Below, one piece after another: positions 16,679-25,107 of a DNA stretch of 49,172 bases. The position numbers and the translations under genes are program-made. Position 1 is the first letter of the stretch. The number at the start of each line of letters is the position of its first letter. Under the pieces are notes generated by a model that saw nothing but the letters and a program-made list of their open reading frames with translations, was not told where the DNA came from and did not search any database. This stretch comes from a virus, in the IMG/VR virus record IMGVR_UViG_3300017963_000082; one strand, 5' to 3'.

Positions 16679-18975
16679 TCTAGCCCTTCCATTATTACAG
16701 GAGATGGGACACATCTGCAATTGACTATATTTTCCGCGCTCGCCCCCATACTGCCATCAGTCGGGTACATCATCGGCTCCCCGCACACGATGAAAGGCTC
16801 ATCAACCGGGACAATGGACGGTGTGCCACCTGCTAGGAACTTGCCGCCCCCGGTCTTATGGCAGTCACGCACACGGTTGTCCTTTGAGTCAAGCCACTCC
16901 TTCATCTCGACGACGCCCCAGGCCTTGTAGGTCTCCATTGCCCCGGCATTGCTGGCCCGGATCGTCTCCGTGCGTGCAATCGCCTCTTTCCGATACCGCG
17001 GCGACCGGTCGATAAACCACTGCTTTTCCTGGTCGGTCAGCCTGGTCCCGTCGATGTCAAAGTCGGGATCAAGGTAGCGCTCAAACGTCACGTCAAGCTG
17101 CCGCCTCAGTTCATCGATCGTCCAGCCCTCTGCCTGTCCCTGCTCAATCAGCAGCTTCATATTGTCCGCTGTCGTCTGTAGCGGCTCCTGTGCAAACGTG
17201 AGTGCGTACTGCCTGAACCATTCCTGCGCCGCGATCGTGTCCACGTCGAATGAGAACCCGAACTCGGCATTTAGTTCCTCGGCTGTGTCGGTCATTGTCC
17301 CGCGTAGCACGGCAAAGAATTCATCCCGCCAGTTTTTCGGCGCTTGGTCCCGCCAATACGCATCCCAGTCGAGCGCGATCTGCGTCCAGTTGATGGACTG
17401 TTTCAACTCGAGCGCCTTCTTTTTGGCCTCGTTCGCCATAGCCAAAAGCGCACGCAAGTCCTTGCGCATCGCACGCTCTACAGCCTCCTGGTAACGCTCC
17501 TCCCAACTGACGGCGATACCGTCAATCTGTTTCCACAGGATGTCCTTTTGCGGCTCAGTCAGTCGGCGCCCTGTCGGCAATTGTTTGGGCTCTGGGAGAT
17601 CGCCGGCCAACATCTCCGGCAGCCCCTTGGCCCGGCTCATTTCCTCCCGGTCATCGTCCGTGGCCGTCACGTCTGCCGGTTCTTCCTGCTGAATTGCCGT
17701 CTCACGCGATCCCACCGGGACCAGGCTCAGCGGGATGTAGGCCACGTCACCGCCGGGGATGTCGCCAATGGTCAGCCCTACCGCCTGTGTCGCCTGGTTG
17801 GACGGGACGCCCATCGTCCACAACTGGTGAGCGGCCCCGATCAACTCGATCATTGCCTCTTTGAGCGCGGGCACCTGGGAGAGGTCAAACTCTACCCAGA
17901 CCTTCCGATCCGGCTCGTTGAGGTAGTATTGGTACTCTGCCTCAAACAGCCGCAGCTCTGGGACAAACGTGTCCTGCCAAAATGCAGACCGCGCCTCTTT
18001 GTAATTGGCATACGTCGCGCGCGCCAGACCTACCCGAGATCCGATCAAAATGGGAGGCACACCGAACGGCCGCAGGATGCGCGTCTCGTTGCGTTCGTCG
18101 ATGCCGTCAAAGCCCAGATCATCGAACTGGTAGCCGAGTGTGTTGATCTCGCCCTCATCACCCAGGACGACCGGGCGCAGCCACCCCTCCTCACTGCCTC
18201 CATACGCCTCTGCGTACCGGGCGCGCACGCGGGACACGTGTTCTGGCGTCAAGGGCACGTTGTATTTGACGTACGTGTTCGGCATCAAGCCCCGGTCAAA
18301 TAGCCTCTTGAGGAAATTCGTCACCGAGTTATCCACGTCCGCATTGCGTGCCAGCGGTGCGATCGGCGGGAACCCGTAGCCCATCCCCTCGAGCGGATCG
18401 CCAGGGTTCGCTAGCTTGGTGTGCATCATATCTTCAGCCAGAATCGGGACACCATCCGCGCGCGTCTTGCCCTCTGGTACATACAGATAGCCGACCTGAA
18501 TGCGCCCCTTGTCCGTGAACGGCACAATGCGCACGCGATCGGGACGCAGGTTGATCATCTCCTGTACGGCCTTCGTGCCCCGCTCACGCATCAGGACAGT
18601 GAAATTGTTGCCGGAGAGATTCAGGTACACGGTCCCCTGCTGCTGGAACTCGTCAAAGGATTGGTGACTGTTTGGCCTCTCAAGCAATTTGGACAAGGTG
18701 TCATCTGGCCCGAGCTGTTCCTTGTGTTCCTTGTCCCCCGTCCAGGCACGGATAGGCGCAGACGATGACGCACGCATTTTGTAGGCGATCGCCGAGTAGA
18801 TCAGGCTGTTGATCGTCCAGCCCTCGGCGACAAATGTGTTGTAATCGTACATCTGCCACTGAGGGACGCCGGAACGGTACGCAGGCCACGCGATCGGTCC
18901 CGCTTTGACCTGCGGGTAGCCGTGGCGAAAGACGTTGATCGCTGCCCGTGCTCTCTGTACGATGGTTGGTTTCAT
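16675..18975 (-). CDS. Portal protein fused to a Mu F / SPP1 gp7-like minor head domain.
   Basis: A 766-aa ORF. The N-terminal ~450 aa fit a portal by size and position. The C-terminus RTETIRASNAGAMETYKAWGV...WLDSKDNRVRDCH...ENIVNCRCVPSP is the MuF-type signature. Confidence 0.8.
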   Translation of the reverse strand: MKPTIVQRARAAINVFRHGYPQVKAGPIAWPAYRSGVPQWQMYDYNTFVAEGWTINSLIYSAIAYKMRASSSAPIRAWTGDKEHKEQLGPDDTLSKLLERPNSHQSFDEFQQQGTVYLNLSGNNFTVLMRERGTKAVQEMINLRPDRVRIVPFTDKGRIQVGYLYVPEGKTRADGVPILAEDMMHTKLANPGDPLEGMGYGFPPIAPLARNADVDNSVTNFLKRLFDRGLMPNTYVKYNVPLTPEHVSRVRARYAEAYGGSEEGWLRPVVLGDEGEINTLGYQFDDLGFDGIDERNETRILRPFGVPPILIGSRVGLARATYANYKEARSAFWQDTFVPELRLFEAEYQYYLNEPDRKVWVEFDLSQVPALKEAMIELIGAAHQLWTMGVPSNQATQAVGLTIGDIPGGDVAYIPLSLVPVGSRETAIQQEEPADVTATDDDREEMSRAKGLPEMLAGDLPEPKQLPTGRRLTEPQKDILWKQIDGIAVSWEERYQEAVERAMRKDLRALLAMANEAKKKALELKQSINWTQIALDWDAYWRDQAPKNWRDEFFAVLRGTMTDTAEELNAEFGFSFDVDTIAAQEWFRQYALTFAQEPLQTTADNMKLLIEQGQAEGWTIDELRRQLDVTFERYLDPDFDIDGTRLTDQEKQWFIDRSPRYRKEAIARTETIRASNAGAMETYKAWGVVEMKEWLDSKDNRVRDCHKTGGGKFLAGGTPSIVPVDEPFIVCGEPMMYPTDGSMGASAENIVNCRCVPSPVIMEGLE

Positions 18976-19200
18976 ATGTTTGCCTAAAGGAAAAGCGGAG
19001 CACCTATCCCCAATGGTTGCCCACTGAGAACAAATGCCCCGCTGAGATCCCCAACGAGTTATAGAATTGTTACCGCTTGCCCTGTTCCTTTTTGGTGTAG
19101 ATGCTCCGCGGCAATGACCACAGTATTTCTAGCCCAGTCAAGATGAGCCGTACACCCTCGCGGATCATCATCTTGGCTTTGTGTTCGCGGTCAGCTGCTG

Positions 19201-19401
19201 TCACACAACCACCCCATCATTGATCCTATCCCCCGCGCACCTCGGGCACATCGTCGCTATCGGCTTGCCCCGCAATGTCACCAGCCGCACCCAGCCCTCG
19301 GGGTCCGCGCCTATCTCCACCCGCAGCCGTGCCGGGCAGTAGTGGCACTTGACGATCGCGTAGCCTGCGGGTTTGGTGAGAAGGCTAGACATTTTGACCA
19401 C
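19201..19401 (-). CDS. Small zinc-ribbon protein.
   Basis: A 66-aa ORF with VKCHYCPA...MCPRCAG (two CxxC pairs). Confidence 0.5.
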   Translation of the reverse strand: MVKMSSLLTKPAGYAIVKCHYCPARLRVEIGADPEGWVRLVTLRGKPIATMCPRCAGDRINDGVVV

Positions 19402-19987
19402 TCAAGAGCCCTATCGGTGGCTCTGGTCGTGTCGGCTGCCCGGTTAGCAACCTATCCTCCACAACCCGCAAATCCTCAGCGGCAAACGTCCGAATACCCG
19501 TATCGATTGCATCCAAGATAGGGATACTGTATACCTTGTCCATTTGCATCCGCACGGTTGCAAGACCCCCGGCTATGGACACCTCTTTGATCGTCCCGGT
19601 CGCCTCAAATCCATCCCACTTGGCAGTCACCGGCGTGCCTGGTTCGTAGCCAGTGATACACCGACAATTGACATGCTCAGGATACCACTCGCCGCTAATG
19701 GTCGCGGTCCATTCTATCGGCCATTCTGGACGCAGCCCAGTTACTCGGTCAAACTCGTCCGCTATATCAGACCACCTATACTGCCACACTCGCGCTGACT
19801 CGGTGAATGTCACATGCCATGGTTGCCTCCACGTATTCTCTGCCATATCGAACACACGCCGCTTGGGTTCCGCGATCACCTGCTCAGGCTGGACCACGCC
19901 GCCCTTGACCAGCACGCCGGTGGCAACTGTGGCGAGTAGGTTGCGTAGGAACTGGCGTCTAGTCTGTTGCATCCCCGCCCCTTTCAT
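19385..19987 (-). CDS. Predicted Tat-exported protein.
   Basis: Carries the twin-arginine signal MQQTRRQFLRNLLATVATGVLVKG (the start is possibly the ATG at 19972). The mature part contains PEHVNCRC, resembling the MuF HxNCRC motif. Confidence 0.55.
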   Translation of the reverse strand: MKGAGMQQTRRQFLRNLLATVATGVLVKGGVVQPEQVIAEPKRRVFDMAENTWRQPWHVTFTESARVWQYRWSDIADEFDRVTGLRPEWPIEWTATISGEWYPEHVNCRCITGYEPGTPVTAKWDGFEATGTIKEVSIAGGLATVRMQMDKVYSIPILDAIDTGIRTFAAEDLRVVEDRLLTGQPTRPEPPIGLLSGQNV

Positions 19988-20258
19988 CCCTAGCCATCCA
20001 CCCGAACATAAACACCATTGGGATCACCTTGAACATAATGCCCAACATCGCCGGCCCGATCCGCTTTCTCTTGCGCGGTGTGAGCCCTGTCTTGTCGATC
20101 GCCAGGTTGAGCGCGGTCGCTATCGCCGCGTGACTGAGTTCGTACCACCGGCCTGTACATATCGCGTCTACCCGTTCCGCGCCTAGCTGCTCCGTGATGC
20201 TGGTCCACGTCGGCTGGATCTCGACGGTTAGCTGTAGCCAATGTGGCTGGTCGGTCAT
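19959..20258 (-). CDS. Hypothetical protein with a C-terminal hydrophobic anchor.
   Basis: A 99-aa ORF with ...IGPAMLGIMFKVIPMVFMFGWM... near its C-terminus. Its start overlaps the upstream stop. Confidence 0.45.
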   Translation of the reverse strand: MTDQPHWLQLTVEIQPTWTSITEQLGAERVDAICTGRWYELSHAAIATALNLAIDKTGLTPRKRKRIGPAMLGIMFKVIPMVFMFGWMARDERGGDATD

Positions 20259-20500
20259 CTGTGGACCTTTCTGTACAACCAGAACGCGGCGCGCCCCAAG
20301 CGGCTACAAATGAACGGGCCATACTCCCCGAATGGTAGTGTTGCATTTTTGTCCCACTCTGTACGGGGAATGTCATAGAACAACATCTCGCCGCCTTCGG
20401 TACGCAGTCGTAACGTCACCACGTCCTGATAGAATCGATGGTGCATACTGACATCGAACTTGGCGCATTTGGTGATCTTTGGATCTGATATGACCGTCAC
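20255..20500 (-). CDS. Hypothetical protein.
   Basis: An 81-aa ORF between the large terminase and the anchor protein, with overlapping junctions. Confidence 0.45.
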   Translation of the reverse strand: MTVISDPKITKCAKFDVSMHHRFYQDVVTLRLRTEGGEMLFYDIPRTEWDKNATLPFGEYGPFICSRLGRAAFWLYRKVHR

Positions 20501-20531
20501 CCGATCAAAATCCCTTCTGCCATCGCGGCCA

Positions 20532-21815
20532 TCACCCTATGAGGATGTGCGCGCTATCCACGTACATCACGGCGTACCGCACCGCGTCCATCCCGTGATC
20601 GTTGACCTTGTGCGGCGTCTCTTTGTTCGGCTTGCCGTCGGCGGTCTTTTCCCACACGTAAGCCGGAAACTCATCTGCAGTGCATAGCGGCTTGTAAGCA
20701 CGCTTTAGTGTCGGGTCCACCTCTACTAGTGCATCCCTCATCACATGCAGCCGGGGCTTGCCATCGCCCGCCACCCGTAGCCGTGCCTGGACTGCCTGGA
20801 TACCCACCGATACCGCTTTCTTTGCTGCCCTGGTCGGTACCCCGTGCCGTGTCAGCGTTGCCCGGTCCTCCGCGTCGTGGTCGCACACTGTCGCCTCGAT
20901 CTTTTCCCCTTGACTCAGCTCTACGATTTGCCTGGCGTGGTCTTCTACGATCCGCTGGCTGTAGTAGATCTCGCGGTACAAGTACATCCTACCGTCACCA
21001 TCGATCGCCCACCACTGACAGGAGAATGGGTTTGTATAGCCAAAGTCCACCACCCGGAACCGTCGCCAATCTGCCGGGATCGGGAACGGGTCAATGAGGT
21101 GCGTGTCCTCGTGCCAGTCCTCATAGATCGCCCCCTCTGCCTGCGCTGCCCGTCCCTCGAATAGCCGGATACGACGTAGCCCTGTGAGACTGGATAGCCT
21201 CTCAAGTGTCTGTACCCCCTGCGGCGTCGGCTCTCCCGTCACCTGGTCGAATAGTGCCGGGTTGTCCTTGTGCCACGAGTAGAACCTGCGGATCGTCTCG
21301 CGCTGGTACATCCAATGTTGCGGCCAACTCGGGTTTGCATCCCCTATGGTCTGGGGGTATGGGACGTGCCCAGCGCGCCCGGTGGTGCGTGTGGTCAGTG
21401 TCTCCCAGTCGTCAAGGGTCAGTTCCTCCGACTGGTTGACATAGATGACATCGTGCTCCGCTGATAGGATACGCGATGACTTATCGAGCCCTGCTACCCA
21501 GATCCGCGCCTCGTTTGGATAGTCGTACCATTGGGCCTTCTCGCCGCCGTAGGTTTCGACTACGAGTTTCATTCCCTCGCCGCCGACTTTCTCCTCAAAT
21601 GTGCGAAGGACCGTGCTGTATGTGGATGTTAAGGTCTTGCGTAAAATCACCAGCGACGCATTCGGGTACTTGAACGCCAGCCGGTGCAGCTTCCACAGTA
21701 ACGCGATCGTCTTGCCTGTCTCTGCTGGCCCGATCAGTAGCACCTCGGGCGCTTGGCATTCTATCGCGGCTTTGTTGTTGGCATAGAACGATAGGTCGAT
21801 GTTATAGGCTGTCAT
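20532..21815 (-). CDS. terL: Terminase large subunit.
   Basis: The Walker A motif is LLIGPAETGKT. There is a Walker B-like region ...DVIYVNQSEE... and a C-terminal nuclease-like motif ...VNDHGMDAVRYAV. Confidence 0.88.
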   Translation of the reverse strand: MTAYNIDLSFYANNKAAIECQAPEVLLIGPAETGKTIALLWKLHRLAFKYPNASLVILRKTLTSTYSTVLRTFEEKVGGEGMKLVVETYGGEKAQWYDYPNEARIWVAGLDKSSRILSAEHDVIYVNQSEELTLDDWETLTTRTTGRAGHVPYPQTIGDANPSWPQHWMYQRETIRRFYSWHKDNPALFDQVTGEPTPQGVQTLERLSSLTGLRRIRLFEGRAAQAEGAIYEDWHEDTHLIDPFPIPADWRRFRVVDFGYTNPFSCQWWAIDGDGRMYLYREIYYSQRIVEDHARQIVELSQGEKIEATVCDHDAEDRATLTRHGVPTRAAKKAVSVGIQAVQARLRVAGDGKPRLHVMRDALVEVDPTLKRAYKPLCTADEFPAYVWEKTADGKPNKETPHKVNDHGMDAVRYAVMYVDSAHILIG

Positions 21816-22095
21816 CGTCCACGTTGCTGATAAAGTTGACGGATACCGCCCCGCTGATCTCCGCTTGCATCTTGGGCGGTCCGTCGATGTGCTGATACAG
21901 CCACTTCACGACATCAAACCATCCGGCACCATCTATCGAGAGCTGCATCACTGACCCGTCTGGTTGTGGCAACGTAGTCTGTCCAGTCGTGGCGAGTTCC
22001 CACATTGCGCGGGCAACGATGCGCTTCCCGCTGCGGCGTTTACCGTCAACGTCCTCAAGCGTCCGCGATCCCCTCTTCTCGAGGATCGCCGTCAT
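21802..22095 (-). CDS. Hypothetical protein, a candidate small terminase subunit.
   Basis: A 97-aa ORF immediately upstream of terL and overlapping its start. The assignment is positional only. Confidence 0.35.
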   Translation of the reverse strand: MTAILEKRGSRTLEDVDGKRRSGKRIVARAMWELATTGQTTLPQPDGSVMQLSIDGAGWFDVVKWLYQHIDGPPKMQAEISGAVSVNFISNVDDDSL

Positions 22096-22354
22096 CGCGC
22101 GGTTCTTTTTCGGTCGCCCATTTGGGTTTCCGCTTTGTCCCTATTTCCACGTTCCTGCGTTGCCCACCTGTTTTCCCCTGCTTTTCAGGATGTGCCGTCA
22201 CTACAAAGTCCAACACCTGCCCATGTTGCTTGCAGGCTACCAATTCCGCAAACTGCATTATCGCTGTCTCTGGTAGATCGAGCCATACGCGCAGCCCACC
22301 GTCTACCATCGTCTGGGCCTTGGCTACCGTTCCGTAGAACTCGATCGGCTTCAT
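22055..22354 (-). CDS. Hypothetical first gene of the late operon, a possible DNA-binding or small terminase component.
   Basis: A 99-aa ORF with a basic, Lys/Arg-rich C-terminal half. It is the first ORF after the terminator at 22376..22406. Confidence 0.35.
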   Translation of the reverse strand: MKPIEFYGTVAKAQTMVDGGLRVWLDLPETAIMQFAELVACKQHGQVLDFVVTAHPEKQGKTGGQRRNVEIGTKRKPKWATEKEPRDDGDPREEGIADA

Positions 22355-22375
22355 TCAGCCCCACGTACCCTATAC

Positions 22376-22406
22376 ACAAAACCGCACTCTACACTCAGAG
22401 TGCGGG
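22376..22406 (-). terminator. Rho-independent terminator between the early block/late promoter and the late operon.
   Basis: The minus-strand RNA reads CCGCACUCU GAGUGU AGAGUGCGG UUUUGUGU. This is a 9-bp perfect stem (22382..22390 / 22397..22405) with a 6-nt loop and a U-tract. Confidence 0.7.
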
Positions 22407-22415
22407 CAGCATTCA

Positions 22416-22447
22416 GCAGGGGACGCCAATCGGTCAACGCCCCCTGC
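22416..22447 (-). promoter_or_regulatory. Leader RNA hairpin between the late promoter and the terminator.
   Basis: The minus-strand RNA reads GCAGGGGGCG UUGACCGAUUGG CGUCCCCUGC, 10 pairs including one G-U. Confidence 0.45.
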
Positions 22448-22489
22448 CCCCTCGGGAGAAAAGGAGAGAATAGACGTGTTCATGGTTCC

Positions 22490-22518
22490 ATTGTACCATA
22501 GGTGGGGTGGGATGTCAA
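22490..22518 (-). promoter_or_regulatory. Near-consensus sigma70-type promoter, the candidate late promoter.
   Basis: The minus strand reads TTGACA (22518..22513), a 17-nt spacer, then TGG-TACAAT (22495..22490). It lies about 80-110 nt upstream of the terminator. Confidence 0.65.
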
Positions 22519-22552
22519 TAGAAAATGCCAGGATTGGCAATGTGGGGTTATG

Positions 22553-22729
22553 CTATGCGGGGGTTTCCTGTTTCGCCTTCCCCTTCCTATACTGTGGGCA
22601 GCCCTTGCGGTCAAAGCTACCGCGGCACTGGCTCACGAGCGCGGTACAGTTCAGGCAGATATTGATCTCCCGCTGCTTGGGGTTGTAGTTCAGCCGCGGC
22701 GTGGTCGTAGTCTTGGGTTTGGGGGTCAT
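22553..22729 (-). CDS. Small basic Cys-rich protein (58 aa), positioned where a late-gene regulator would be expected.
   Basis: It is not in the ORF track (<60 aa). The ATG at 22727..22729 overlaps the methylase TGA (ATGA), with the SD GGAGGTG upstream. The sequence is MTPKPKTTTTPRLNYNPKQREINICLNCTALVSQCRGSFDRKGCPQYRKGKAKQETPA. Confidence 0.5.
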   Translation of the reverse strand: MTPKPKTTTTPRLNYNPKQREINICLNCTALVSQCRGSFDRKGCPQYRKGKAKQETPA

Positions 22730-23400
22730 CGTAGCACCTCCGTGAAAAGTGACATCTGGGCGACGCGCTTGACGGCGATCTCGCAGTTGTGCTCTAAAAT
22801 GTCAATGCCGATCACGTGGTAGCCCAGTTCGACCGCCGCTTCCAGTGTTGAGCCGCTGCCCATGTACGGATCAAGGATCACGCCCTGCGGTTCGATCTGG
22901 TCAATGCACCATTTCATCAATGCAACGGGCTTTTGGTGCGGGTGTAGCTTTCCTCCGTTGGTGACGTTCTCTCTACCTGCCCGCATAATGCCGCGCCACA
23001 AGTGGGTAAACATTCGCACTGGTGCATCCATGTTCGTCCATGCCAGTTCACAGTCGGACTGTTGGCACGGCGTTTTTCCCGCCAACTTGTCCCACACAAG
23101 CCATCCGCTTTGATCAGGTAGGCGTGAGGCATAATACTGCGCTCCCCACAGGACCACACGCCGAAATCCTAGCCACGGCGACGGATCAAACGGCTGATCA
23201 TCGCCCACTATCGGCGCGAAATTGCCGTCCTTGCGTATCATATCGCAATCGCCGCGCCCGCTGTTGTGGTTACTCACGTATCCTTTGCCCCACGGCGGAT
23301 CGGTCACGATTGAATCGATGGGCGGCAATTCAGGGAGGATCTGCAGACAATCCCCATAGTACACCGTAACCCCTTCCCGCTCATAGTACGGCGTGATCAC
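22726..23400 (-). CDS. DNA methyltransferase, N4/N6 (N6_N4_Mtase-like).
   Basis: Contains SIVTDPPWGKGY and ILDPYMGSGSTLEAAVELG. Start set at the GTG 23398..23400, which overlaps the upstream TGA. Confidence 0.8.
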   Translation of the reverse strand: MITPYYEREGVTVYYGDCLQILPELPPIDSIVTDPPWGKGYVSNHNSGRGDCDMIRKDGNFAPIVGDDQPFDPSPWLGFRRVVLWGAQYYASRLPDQSGWLVWDKLAGKTPCQQSDCELAWTNMDAPVRMFTHLWRGIMRAGRENVTNGGKLHPHQKPVALMKWCIDQIEPQGVILDPYMGSGSTLEAAVELGYHVIGIDILEHNCEIAVKRVAQMSLFTEVLR

Positions 23401-23675
23401 CCGTCCCTCCTCACCGCAGCCAGCACCTGATCCGCCTCGCGTTTCATCACCCACACCTGTACAATGTTCGCATCGCCTGCCGCGTCGGGATACCTGTCCA
23501 CCGCGTCCGCCAGGACCAGGACAATGCGGTTCATCCCGGTCATCATCATAGCCCAGCGGCTTTGCAGGTCGCCCAGGGCCGCACATTTGCAAAAGCACAT
23601 CATCAGCACCCCGAGTCCGCTAAAGACGATCGCGGTGAGGACGACTAGGATGAAACAGTGCGTGGTGGTGATCAT
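23397..23675 (-). CDS. Small membrane protein.
   Basis: The ATG at 23673..23675 overlaps the Dam-like stop (ATGA), with the SD GGAGGGA upstream. The N-terminal TM segment is MITTTHCFILVVLTAIVFSGLGVLMMCF. Confidence 0.5.
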   Translation of the reverse strand: MITTTHCFILVVLTAIVFSGLGVLMMCFCKCAALGDLQSRWAMMMTGMNRIVLVLADAVDRYPDAAGDANIVQVWVMKREADQVLAAVRRDG

Positions 23676-24532
23676 GGTATTCCCTCCATTGTCATCTGTT
23701 CCGGTTTCGCCAGTGCCTCGACGGTGCGCGGGGACAACCACAGAGACTCAATCCGCTTGCCGCCGCTGTTTGTTTGTGCCTCTTTGTCCACACGATGCCA
23801 CCCGTGGTCCTCGTACAGTTCGGTGTAGAGGGGGCAGGCGTAGCCACTGACGACGACGTAGCCGGCGCACAGTTTCAGCAGTTCCGCGCATTCCTGGTGA
23901 AACGACCGGGAAACCTCAAGCCGATAAATATCGGCTTGCGATCGCGTTTCCGGCAAGTAGGGCGGGTCAAAGTAGATCAAGGCGTCCGCGTTGTCGTACC
24001 GCTGGATCACGTCTTGCGCGTCACGGTTTTCAGTTTGAACTAACCGTAACCGCTCGGCGCAACTCTCCAATATGCCCTCAATCCCCACCCAGTTAGATGA
24101 TCCTGTGACACAATAAAATGTTGCGACTCGCCATGTCTTACTTGTCTTACTGTGGTGCCCTCCCTGCATCGACATCCAAGATGCCACAAAGAACCGCCGC
24201 GCCCGCTCCACCTCATCCTCGCACGGCTCAAGGCTCAATTCATACTCTGCCCTAGCCCACGGCGTCAACCGTATCTTTCGGATCAGTTCGTCCGGTTGAT
24301 CGCGCAGCACCCGAAAGAAGTTGACCACGTTCCCGTCGAGGTCGTTGTACGTCTCAAGCGGTGATCGTGGCTTCTGCAGCAACACGGACGCAGCACCCCC
24401 GCACGGCTCTACATAGTTCTGGTGCTCTGGGAAGTGAGAAATGATCCACGGTGCCAGTCGCCACTTGCCGCCATAGTAGCGCAGCGCCGGCCGCTTTGGT
24501 GCGTCTCGTGCTATGATCACCCTCTCCTCCAT
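23672..24532 (-). CDS. Dam-like (D12-class) N6-adenine DNA methyltransferase.
   Basis: Contains LRYYGGKWRLAPWIISHFP...YVEPCGGAASVLL...IYFDPPYL. The start is uncertain (ATG 24532 or GTG 24520), and the track ORF extends to 24694. Confidence 0.8.
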   Translation of the reverse strand: MEERVIIARDAPKRPALRYYGGKWRLAPWIISHFPEHQNYVEPCGGAASVLLQKPRSPLETYNDLDGNVVNFFRVLRDQPDELIRKIRLTPWARAEYELSLEPCEDEVERARRFFVASWMSMQGGHHSKTSKTWRVATFYCVTGSSNWVGIEGILESCAERLRLVQTENRDAQDVIQRYDNADALIYFDPPYLPETRSQADIYRLEVSRSFHQECAELLKLCAGYVVVSGYACPLYTELYEDHGWHRVDKEAQTNSGGKRIESLWLSPRTVEALAKPEQMTMEGIP

Positions 24533-24639
24533 TTCCTCCGGGTGGGGGCGTTCCGATCCATTCCACCCCCACCCTATAACGCGCCGGTTTCGGATGCACT
24601 GCCTGACCTCTACTCTCTCGGCTATGCCCGGCGCGTTGA

Positions 24640-24942
24640 CTACACTCTCCCAAACCAGCGCAGAACATCCTCGAGACCAGATGCAACGATACAACAGTCC
24701 GCGTGGTATTTGGTCATATAGTATTCAGCCACGGTCATATCATCCTTTAGTCCAGGCGGCTTGACCTCTACCATTACCATCGCCTCGCGTCCTAGTGGTA
24801 TGCTATACCCGATCACCAGTATGTCCAGCACCTTCCCGCCTACATTGTGTATATCCAGCACGCACAGTCCAGCATCGCGCAAGTCCTGCATTAGCTGCGC
24901 CTGGTTCGCGTCGGGTTTCGTGTGGCGCGGGCGTGCGGTCAT
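24640..24942 (-). CDS. VRR-NUC / PD-(D/E)xK-type nuclease-like protein.
   Basis: A 100-aa ORF with KPDANQAQLMQDLRDAGLCV...VLDILVIG...AMVMVEVKPPG (D...EVK motif). Confidence 0.55.
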   Translation of the reverse strand: MTARPRHTKPDANQAQLMQDLRDAGLCVLDIHNVGGKVLDILVIGYSIPLGREAMVMVEVKPPGLKDDMTVAEYYMTKYHADCCIVASGLEDVLRWFGRV

Positions 24943-25106
24943 TGGGCGCTGTCCTCCACTTCGATCTGCCAGAGGGCGTGATCAAGGCCTGCGTGGGCAG
25001 CATTATCGTTTTCCACCACGAACCGCGCCTCCTCAATCAACTGATACACTAGTCCCGCGTCCGCCTTGGTTGTCATTCCCGCCTGGATTCTCTCTACCAG
25101 TGTCAT
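24939..25106 (-). CDS. Small hypothetical protein (55 aa).
   Basis: It is not in the ORF track. The SD GGAGGAG lies 4 nt upstream of the ATG at 25104..25106, and its stop overlaps the next ATG (ATGA). The sequence is MTLVERIQAGMTTKADAGLVYQLIEEARFVVENDNAAHAGLDHALWQIEVEDSAQ. Confidence 0.45.
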   Translation of the reverse strand: MTLVERIQAGMTTKADAGLVYQLIEEARFVVENDNAAHAGLDHALWQIEVEDSAQ

Positions 25107-25107
25107 T

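Noticed and set aside
18976-19200. Promoter in the 225-nt gap upstream of the portal gene (minus-strand TTGACT at about 19138..19143), and a 33-aa ORF (MMIREGVRLILTGLEILWSLPRSIYTKKEQGKR).
   Set aside because: No acceptable -10 lies at 16-18 nt (GTCATT/TCATTG). The mini-ORF has no SD. The gap remains unexplained but I cannot support a feature there.
22406-22482. A 37-codon ORF in the late leader (MNTSILSFSPEGAGGVDRLASPAECCPHSECRVRFCV).
   Set aside because: It has no SD and runs through both hairpins and the terminator. It is more likely non-coding leader RNA.
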